A DNA stretch of 18,567 nt, from positions 1-18,567 of the IMG/VR virus record IMGVR_UViG_3300045988_161322; one strand, written 5' to 3'. Shown in pieces: positions 1-6,114 of this stretch. A program made the position numbers and the translations under genes. The DNA comes from a virus. The notes under the pieces were generated by a model that made no database searches, was not told the origin of the DNA, and worked only from the letters and a program-made list of their open reading frames with translations. How positions within the stretch are numbered: the first letter of the stretch is position 1; each line of letters starts with the position of its first letter.

Positions 1-223
1 AATCTAATTTGTTCTTCTCAGTTCCAAATACTTCCCCCAATAGTAATCAAAACTACGTCAAATAACATACACAAATCATGTAACATTTTCATTATATTTT
101 CACATAGTATTGATAACTACATGCATCAATATTTTGTCGAATATTTCTTATAATTATTTTCAATTATTTGTTTAAAAACCCTTGCATTTTCTGTTCAAAT
201 GTTATATAATTAAATCATGGAAA
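1..223. repeat. Left inverted terminal repeat (ITR), 223 bp; genome end and protein-primed replication origin
   Basis: Bases 1-223 are the exact reverse complement of 18345-18567, compared by eye in 10-nt blocks. The first mismatch is 224 versus 18344. The genome also encodes a protein-primed family-B polymerase and a terminal-protein candidate. Confidence 0.97.
182..210 (+). promoter_or_regulatory. Sigma-A-type early promoter inside the left ITR, reading inward
   Basis: TTGCAT (182-187), a 17-nt spacer, then TATAAT (205-210). An A/T-rich block at about 145-178 lies upstream. The predicted start is near 217. Confidence 0.6.
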
Positions 224-293
224 AGGAGTTGAATAATATGAATAAAGAATAGTAGATTTTATAAAAGGATTAAGTATTAAAGATTTATTGTAT

Positions 294-428
294 ATGTACG
301 AAAGATATTGTGACATGGCTTTCACATTTTATATTGATTGTGATGAAGAAAAATATAATAGAACAATGGATGTTATTAAATTAATTGATGAAATATTAAG
401 GGATAAAGGCATTTGGGTAAAGAAATAA
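294..428 (+). CDS. Hypothetical 44-aa early protein (MYERYCDMAFTFYIDCDEEKYNRTMDVIKLIDEILRDKGIWVKK)
   Basis: Hand-translated open frame from ATG 294 to TAA 426-428. There is no convincing SD. An in-frame ATT at 276 follows AAAAGGA. Too short for the supplied ORF track. Confidence 0.35.
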   Translation: MYERYCDMAFTFYIDCDEEKYNRTMDVIKLIDEILRDKGIWVKK

Positions 429-443
429 TTAAGAGGTGATAAC

Positions 444-611
444 ATGAAAAGTAAAGAATATTTTAGATTATTACAACGTATATATATTTTATGTACAACT
501 AACAAGGTTTATACAATAGATTTAAATCATAAAGACGCATTAAGAATAAAAAGGTTATTAGAAAAGTATTCAAATATGAAAATTGAAGAATTAAGAGATT
601 TATACAAATAA
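444..611 (+). CDS. Hypothetical 55-aa early protein
   Basis: SD AGAGGTGA (432-439) lies 4 nt upstream of ATG 444. Hand translation gives MKSKEYFRLLQRIYILCTTNKVYTIDLNHKDALRIKRLLEKYSNMKIEELRDLYK, with stop at 609-611. Confidence 0.6.
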   Translation: MKSKEYFRLLQRIYILCTTNKVYTIDLNHKDALRIKRLLEKYSNMKIEELRDLYK

Positions 612-622
612 GAGGTGATTAA

Positions 623-691
623 ATGGAAATATTATTTTTTATTTTTATTGTTATTATTTTTATTATGTTAGGAATATATGCATTATCATAA
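623..691 (+). CDS. 22-aa hydrophobic peptide (MEILFFIFIVIIFIMLGIYALS)
   Basis: An identical SD, AGAGGTGA (611-618), lies 4 nt upstream of ATG 623. The peptide forms a single predicted transmembrane helix. T-rich DNA readily yields such translations by chance. Confidence 0.4.
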   Translation: MEILFFIFIVIIFIMLGIYALS

Positions 692-698
692 TTCTTGT

Positions 699-727
699 TT
701 ACCAATTAATCCACTTATACGTATAAT
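699..727 (+). promoter_or_regulatory. Candidate sigma-A-type promoter
   Basis: TTACCA (699-704), a 17-nt spacer, then TATAAT (722-727). It faces a 270-bp stretch without a credible ORF. Confidence 0.35.
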
Positions 728-996
728 ATAATTGAGCATTGTTCTATTGGACACTTTTTCATTTTTTCTCCTTTCAATTTATTTATAGTGGAATCAACCA
801 CCATTTGATTACCACACATTTATTAATCACATATTTTATTCCTGTGGGCGATTTATTCGCCCTCATTATTACATATATTATACTGGTATTACTCTTAAAT
901 ATTTTTAAAATAGTGTATACTTTAGCTCTTAAATATCAGTATAATATAAATACAAGAAACAAAAATAATAAGTATTAAAGTGAGGTTGATTATTTT

Positions 997-1368
997 ATGA
1001 ACAAAGTAATTATTAGTGGAAATTTAACAAAGGACATGGACGTAAAGGTATTAGCTAACGAAACAATAGTCGGTAACTTTACAGTAGCAAATCAAGTGGG
1101 TTATGGCGAAAAAGCTAAAACTAATTTTGTACCTGTTACAATGTTTGGTCAAAGAGTTGAATCAATGGAAAAATATTTAGTAACTGGTGCTAAAGTTTTA
1201 ATAGAGGGTGAAATTGATTATAAATCAATTCAAAATGATAAAGGAAATTGGAAGAATTACTTTTCAGTAATTGTTCACAACATTGAAATTATTAAATTCA
1301 AAGAAGATAATCCTTTTGAAGAAGATAATAAAAATAAGAGAAATTACAGAAAAGGAGGTAGAAAATAA
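997..1368 (+). CDS. ssb: Single-stranded DNA-binding protein, bacterial OB-fold type
   Basis: The N-terminus MNKVIISGNLTKDMDVKV...NFTVA...FVPVTMFGQRVESMEKYLVTGAKVLIEGEI matches the classic SSB OB-fold pattern (MN.V.L.G.L..DPE...). SD GTGAGGT lies upstream. Confidence 0.85.
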   Translation: MNKVIISGNLTKDMDVKVLANETIVGNFTVANQVGYGEKAKTNFVPVTMFGQRVESMEKYLVTGAKVLIEGEIDYKSIQNDKGNWKNYFSVIVHNIEIIKFKEDNPFEEDNKNKRNYRKGGRK

Positions 1369-1649
1369 TGGAAAGTATTAAAGTTCATTTATTAACTTTA
1401 TTGGACGAAGTTACTCAAACTTTAGAATTAGCCAAAAAGGTTAAGGCAAATGATAAAAAAGAACATAATAAATTAGCAAGAATGTATGAATCAAACGGTG
1501 ATTATATAGATACAGAAAAATTATTTAATGATTTAGAAGTTTTATGTGATAAAATTGCTACAGAAGAAAAAGAAATATACGCTATGAAGAAAATAGCATA
1601 TAGAATCAACAAAGCAATTCAATTTGCAAATGGTGAAATAGAAGAATAA
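1368..1649 (+). CDS. Hypothetical 93-aa early protein, helical and charged
   Basis: SD AAAGGAGG. The ATG overlaps the ssb stop (TAATG). No family recognised. Confidence 0.7.
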   Translation: MESIKVHLLTLLDEVTQTLELAKKVKANDKKEHNKLARMYESNGDYIDTEKLFNDLEVLCDKIATEEKEIYAMKKIAYRINKAIQFANGEIEE

Positions 1650-1653
1650 TATT

Positions 1654-1682
1654 AAGGTAGGCTTTATTGTCTACCTTTTTTC
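1654..1682 (+). terminator. Rho-independent terminator of the left early unit
   Basis: Stem AAGGTAG (1654-1660) pairs with CTACCTT (1671-1677), with a 10-nt loop and a T-run at 1676-1681. Confidence 0.8.
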
Positions 1683-1723
1683 ATTTTTTATCGTATATAT
1701 TAATTGTAGTTTATAATACGTTG

Positions 1724-1865
1724 AATAATAATGTTGCAATTACATACCAAGGTGAAGAGCCTGTAATTGCAAGGTCGAAAGTGGTATTTCCGTTATTAAC
1801 ATTTATAAATTGCATTTTTATTGAGTACCCAACGCACTACAAGGTGCATATTTGGGTATTCTATT
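1724..1865 (+). ncRNA. Candidate structured RNA or late-leader element. Function unknown; packaging-RNA analogue is one hypothesis
   Basis: This is a non-coding gap. The track ORF 1667-1867 starts on TTG inside the terminator and has no SD. There is a perfect 11-bp stem, 1734-1744 with 1762-1772. A 9-bp stem, 1823-1831 with 1853-1861, encloses a GCAC/GTGC helix (1834-1837 with 1844-1847). TATAAT lies at 1712-1717. The region is visibly more G+C-rich than other intergenic DNA here. Confidence 0.3.
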
Positions 1866-1897
1866 AAGAATTAATAAATTATAAGGAGGAAATATTA

Positions 1898-2170
1898 ATG
1901 GCATTTGAAAATTTGGAACAAGCTAATGATTACCAATTAAAAGCTGAAAAAGAAATCGCAGATTTAAAGCAACAATTGGAAAGTCAAAAATCAGTTTTAT
2001 CAGAAAAAGATGAAACAATTAAATCATATGATGAACAAGTTAAAAAATTAAAAATTAAAAATTATGAATTATTTGAACAAGTTTCAAGTAATCCCGAACA
2101 AAACAAGCCTAAATCTCAAGATACTCAACCTAAAATGAGTTATCAAGAGTTTTTAAATAAAGTATTATAA
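1898..2170 (+). CDS. Putative scaffolding protein (phi29 gp7 position)
   Basis: A 90-aa coiled-coil-like, charged protein immediately upstream of the capsid gene, as in phi29 (gp7, about 98 aa). SD AAGGAGG. Confidence 0.6.
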   Translation: MAFENLEQANDYQLKAEKEIADLKQQLESQKSVLSEKDETIKSYDEQVKKLKIKNYELFEQVSSNPEQNKPKSQDTQPKMSYQEFLNKVL

Positions 2171-2188
2171 TAGGAGAGTGATTATATT

Positions 2189-3232
2189 ATGGCATTGGAC
2201 AATGTAACGTTTGTAAGTATGGTTAGTGATTTAGCAAGTCAAGAATATAAAGATAGAGTTCCTACTGCAACTCAAGACAATATAGGGAATATTGAAGAAA
2301 TTATTTATACTTATCCAAGTACAAAGAATGAATTTATTAGTGTGTTAACAAATCAAGTTGCAAAACAATTATTTTTTAGTAAGGCATACGAAAATCCTTA
2401 CAAATTATTTAATAGGGGTATGTTACCATACGGTAAATCAATTGAAAGCATTTTTGTTGATATTATCAAAGGTAAACAAAGGACACACGAAACAGATACA
2501 TCTAATTTAGCTAGCGATTTATTAGCAAGAGAAACTCCTAATGTAAAGGTCGAGTATTATTCAGAAAATTTCCGTCATCAATACAAAACAACTATTACTG
2601 ATGAGGAATTAAAAGGTGCATTTAGGGCAGAAAATGGTTTAAGCTCTATGACAGGTAGAATATTACAAGCTCCATTGACTTCTATCGAGTATGACATGCA
2701 AGAAATGGTATTACATGCATTACCAGAATTAAAAGGTGGAAAAGCTACTATTAATAAGGTAGCATATGGTACAATGACAGAAGAAGAAAAGGCAAAAGTA
2801 TTAGTTAAGACTATAAAATCACAAGTTATCAAAATGGGATTTTTAAATAACAAACATAATGGACAGGGTGTAATGACTTTCTCAAGACCTCAAGATTTAG
2901 TTGTTTTCTTAGACCCGGATATGATGGCAAATATTGATGTTGAATTATTAGCACAAGCATTCAATATAGATAAGGCAGAAGTTCCACTTCATGTATTACC
3001 AGTTCCACAATTCACTAAGAGAACAGGAGAGGGTGAAGAAGCAACATATGCAGAAGATACTGATTGTTTAGCAATTATTTGTGATAAAGATGCAATACAA
3101 ATATATGAAACATTAAACAGTTCAGAAACATTTAGAAACCCTCAAGGAATTTATACAAATGTATTCTTCAATAGATGGGGATTAATGTCAGCTTGTAATT
3201 TTGCAAATGTTTGTAGAATAGTAACTGAATAA
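2189..3232 (+). CDS. Major capsid protein (phi29 gp8 family)
   Basis: Matches to phi29 gp8 as I recall it: PYGKSIESIFVDIIKGK with PLGRTIEEIYTDITKEK; ETPNVKV with EMPNVKT; FRNPQGIYTN...CNFANV with VRNPRGLYWN...SRFANA. Confidence 0.93.
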   Translation: MALDNVTFVSMVSDLASQEYKDRVPTATQDNIGNIEEIIYTYPSTKNEFISVLTNQVAKQLFFSKAYENPYKLFNRGMLPYGKSIESIFVDIIKGKQRTHETDTSNLASDLLARETPNVKVEYYSENFRHQYKTTITDEELKGAFRAENGLSSMTGRILQAPLTSIEYDMQEMVLHALPELKGGKATINKVAYGTMTEEEKAKVLVKTIKSQVIKMGFLNNKHNGQGVMTFSRPQDLVVFLDPDMMANIDVELLAQAFNIDKAEVPLHVLPVPQFTKRTGEGEEATYAEDTDCLAIICDKDAIQIYETLNSSETFRNPQGIYTNVFFNRWGLMSACNFANVCRIVTE

Positions 3233-3235
3233 AAT

Positions 3236-3262
3236 AAGGAGGTATACAAGCCTCCTTTTTTG
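3236..3262 (+). terminator. Rho-independent terminator or attenuator after the capsid gene
   Basis: Stem AAGGAGG (3236-3242) pairs with CCTCCTT (3251-3257), with an 8-nt loop and T6 at 3256-3261. Confidence 0.75.
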
Positions 3263-3294
3263 TCGTATATGAAAAAGGAAAGGAAGTGAATTTC

Positions 3295-4848
3295 ATGGCA
3301 AGACAAAGTACAATTTATTTGTTTAACTGTTGGTTTTTAGATGTTGGACACAATCATACAGTTAATTTTAATAATGTAACAAATCAATTAAATTTCTTTA
3401 TGAATTATTTGCAATTTAAAATTGATAACTGCACATATTTAAGAAAAGAACGTACATTAAAAGTTCCAAAATATATTGACGAACTTGCATTATGTAATTA
3501 TTGTGCATTTCAAAATTCTGTTGATGGTAAAATGGAATACTTTTTTATTTTAAATAAAACTTATCTTTCTGAAAATGTAACGGAACTTACTTTAAAGTTA
3601 GATGTAATTCAAACATATTGGTTTGAAATGAATTTTACAAAAATAAAATCTCACATAGATAGGCAACATTTATGGAGATGGAATGCAGATGGAACAGTGG
3701 CAGATTATAATATGTTAGAAAATGAAGATTTTGAAATAGGTGAATATATTTTACAAAACAGAACTCCACTTTATGATTATGAAAACAAAGGTGGTTATAT
3801 TGTTACTAGTTCAGATAAACTTTCAATAAAATATAGTGGTGGAAGTAGTGATAGTTCAACAAATCAAGGTAATTTATATAAAGATAAATTAGTATCAGCT
3901 AATGGTTTTTGGTTTATTAAACAAGGCGAGGGGTTTAGCGCAACTCCATACAATTTAGGTGATGGAACTTACACTATTGGCTACGGTACTACGAGTAAAT
4001 ATGATTCTGAACATTATAATCAACTTGCTCCAGAATGTACAGAGGAACAAGCAAGTAATGTGTTGGCAGAAAGTTTAAAGAACAATTATTCATCATATGT
4101 GTATGATACCTTTGTCAAATATGGTTTTGATATGAATAAAATGAAGCAACAACATTTTGATGCGTTCGTTTCTTTTTATTATAATACTGGTAGTTTATCA
4201 AACAAGTCAATTTTTACTAAATACATTAATGGCGATAGTCCTGAAAGTATTGCAGAAGTATGGAAAGAAACGGTAATAATGCCGGGTACTCAATTCGAAG
4301 AGGGATTAAGGAATAGAAGAAAAGCAGAAGCTAATGTATTTTTAAATGGTGATTATAATTATAAGCCAATACCTAACCTAAATGGTGGAACAATTACAGA
4401 CAATGACGGAAAAGGTTACATTCCTGATATGTTTAATAAGTATGATACTCCAACAAGTGAAATAAGGCAAAATATTATAAATAGCGCAAAGAAACTGATT
4501 GGATTACCTTACGTATATGGTGGGAATTATCCTCCATTAGGTAATAGTAGTGGAACAGATTGTTCTGGCTTATGTCAATGGGCATATCATGATAATGGAA
4601 TAAATATATCAAGAACAACATATACACAAATTAAAGAGGGTAAAGAAATAACGTTAGAAGAATGTAAACCAGGTGATTTGGTCTTTACTAGGGGTAACTC
4701 CGACAATGGTCATGTTGTTATGTTTTATAGGCATAATGATGATGGTAGCATTCATGTTATTGAAGCAAAACAAACAGGTACAGATATAATGGAAAATGAC
4801 AGAACTCCAAATAGTGATTATCGTTATAGAAATTTATTAGGAGATTAG
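3295..4848 (+). CDS. Tail-knob N-terminal fragment fused to a GH24-like lysozyme and an NlpC/P60 endopeptidase (virion-associated peptidoglycan hydrolase)
   Basis: Numbering is from the track start at 3286. Residues about 1-180 resemble the phi29 gp9 N-terminus: LKLDVIQTYWFEMNF...IDRQHLWRWNADGT with FEIDVLQTWMFDIKF...VREHVKLWNDDGT. Residues about 203-352 carry IKQGEGFSATPYNLGDGTYTIGYGTT, a phage-lysozyme signature. Residues about 392-505 carry GLPYVYGG...GTDCSGL...GDLVF...GHVVMF, the NlpC/P60 Cys-His motifs. ATG 3295 sits 8 nt after AGGAAG and is preferred over GTG 3286. Confidence 0.9.
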   Translation: MARQSTIYLFNCWFLDVGHNHTVNFNNVTNQLNFFMNYLQFKIDNCTYLRKERTLKVPKYIDELALCNYCAFQNSVDGKMEYFFILNKTYLSENVTELTLKLDVIQTYWFEMNFTKIKSHIDRQHLWRWNADGTVADYNMLENEDFEIGEYILQNRTPLYDYENKGGYIVTSSDKLSIKYSGGSSDSSTNQGNLYKDKLVSANGFWFIKQGEGFSATPYNLGDGTYTIGYGTTSKYDSEHYNQLAPECTEEQASNVLAESLKNNYSSYVYDTFVKYGFDMNKMKQQHFDAFVSFYYNTGSLSNKSIFTKYINGDSPESIAEVWKETVIMPGTQFEEGLRNRRKAEANVFLNGDYNYKPIPNLNGGTITDNDGKGYIPDMFNKYDTPTSEIRQNIINSAKKLIGLPYVYGGNYPPLGNSSGTDCSGLCQWAYHDNGINISRTTYTQIKEGKEITLEECKPGDLVFTRGNSDNGHVVMFYRHNDDGSIHVIEAKQTGTDIMENDRTPNSDYRYRNLLGD

Positions 4849-4860
4849 GAGGGATTTATA

Positions 4861-6114
4861 ATGGCAACAACTTCAAAAAATGAGCCAGATAGCACAATAA
4901 TTAATAATGTTGCAGTTGGGTTATATTATTACTATGTTCCTAAAAATGGAGCAAGTGAAGCAACTTATCTTGGATTTGTAAATACTATTGAAAGTGTAAC
5001 ATATAATCCTTTCATTGATGAAGCTGATATATCAGACGTTCGTAAAGCAATATTTGATACTGCAAGGTATGGAAGCCCCGACGGTCAAATACCTTATGTA
5101 AAAAGAATTTGTTCGTTTGATAAAATTAATTATCAACTTGGTGGAACTCAAAAAATTTACCCTAAAAAATCTGACTATAGTTATGATTTTGAGCCTAGGG
5201 TTTTATGTTATCCTTTTAGATATTTTTTAATTACTGATTATTCTTCAAATCCAATGTTAATCAAGCCCGAAAGAATAGAGGATAATGGCACAAACGAATT
5301 CAAGGTAAAAGTAAAAACTACTGCAATAAGTTCAGAAAGTAAGTATAATATTTATGTTGAAAATTATAAATATGATGGCGATGGTAACTTAGAGGGAATG
5401 TGTAATAGTACAGCATTAATGTTACCTGTTACATCTTCTGCATATAGTCAATTTTTAGCTACTTCTGCTAGTTCATTTAATCAATCAGTTACTAATGCTT
5501 TATTAGAAAATGATTTAACATTAAAACATAATACTCAATCAAATAATTTGAATTTTGCACAAAGTACAACTAATAATGCATTAAGTGCAATAGGTAATTT
5601 ATTGAGCCTAAATTTTGGAGGATTAGCAGGTAACGCAAGTAATTTAGCTTTTGGTTACATGCAAAATCAATTAGCTAATAATCAAGCAAATGAAAATTCA
5701 CAATTAAATGAGCATAACATTATTAGTATGAAAAACGCAAAAGTTAACGATATGCTAACAACTCCGAATAGTATTAAGACTGCAGGAAATGACACATTAT
5801 TTAATTTAATTAATAGCAATCAAAGAGTTGATTTATTAGAATATAGATGTAATGTTCAACAAATGTCAAAGGCTCAAGAATATTTTAAACGATATGGTTA
5901 TAAAGTTAATGGTTATGATTTTATAAATTTAACATGTAGAAAACATTATAATTATGTAAAAACTAATGTTTGTAATATTGTAGGAGCAAGAATACCTCAT
6001 GAATATTTAGACGAAATAAAATCAATTTTTAATAATGGTATTACAGTTTGGCATATGGACAATGACGGAACAACAATGTTCAATTATGATAACAATGTGG
6101 AGGTGTATGTATAA
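4861..6114 (+). CDS. Tail-knob protein, central and C-terminal part (phi29 gp9 residues about 200-599)
   Basis: Matches to phi29 gp9 as I recall it: VGLYYYYVPKNG with PLCYYIHPFYKDG; CYPFRYFLITDY with MYPYCVTEITDF; YFKRYGYKVNG...YNYVKTNVC...EIKSIFNNGITVWHMDN with FFHKYGYKINR...FNYVQTKDC...EIRTIFDNGITLWHTDN. It has its own SD GGAGGG and ATG, 12 nt after the preceding TAG. Confidence 0.9.
   Translation: MATTSKNEPDSTIINNVAVGLYYYYVPKNGASEATYLGFVNTIESVTYNPFIDEADISDVRKAIFDTARYGSPDGQIPYVKRICSFDKINYQLGGTQKIYPKKSDYSYDFEPRVLCYPFRYFLITDYSSNPMLIKPERIEDNGTNEFKVKVKTTAISSESKYNIYVENYKYDGDGNLEGMCNSTALMLPVTSSAYSQFLATSASSFNQSVTNALLENDLTLKHNTQSNNLNFAQSTTNNALSAIGNLLSLNFGGLAGNASNLAFGYMQNQLANNQANENSQLNEHNIISMKNAKVNDMLTTPNSIKTAGNDTLFNLINSNQRVDLLEYRCNVQQMSKAQEYFKRYGYKVNGYDFINLTCRKHYNYVKTNVCNIVGARIPHEYLDEIKSIFNNGITVWHMDNDGTTMFNYDNNVEVYV

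Noticed and set aside
108-131. 7-bp inverted repeat TATTGAT-10 nt-ATCAATA, with a central ATGCAT, inside the ITR
   Set aside because: It is short and AT-rich, so it is easily a chance occurrence. It could be an origin or operator element, but nothing in the sequence alone supports that.
739-978. 79-aa + strand ORF from the track (MFYWTLFHFFSFQF...)
   Set aside because: It starts on TTG with no SD. The composition is Phe/Ile/Leu/Tyr/Asn low-complexity sequence, as expected from translating T-rich non-coding DNA. It spans a predicted hairpin. It is treated as non-coding, although a small membrane protein cannot be fully excluded.
1770-1790. tRNA-like T-loop resemblance (AAGGTCGAAAGTGG)
   Set aside because: The flanking bases do not form a T-stem, and no acceptor, D or anticodon arms can be drawn. 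It is not a tRNA.
1835-1845. 11-nt identity CACTACAAGGT at 1835-1845 and 18303-18313 (same strand)
   Set aside because: A single 11-mer match within 18.6 kb is expected by chance many times over: roughly N squared / 2 pairs divided by 4 to the 11th. There is no flanking similarity.
1667-1867. 66-aa + strand ORF from the track
   Set aside because: It begins on TTG inside the terminator stem-loop and has no SD. It runs through the hairpin-rich intergenic region. The translation has no recognisable features.
2578-2853. Antisense ORFs inside well-supported genes (2578-2853, 6554-6778, 6804-6998, 7305-7598, 9923-10309, 10654-10911)
   Set aside because: Each lies wholly opposite a gene with strong homology or operon context. 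Each lacks an SD and translates to Phe/Leu/Ile/Ser-rich low-complexity sequence typical of the reverse strand of AT-rich coding DNA.
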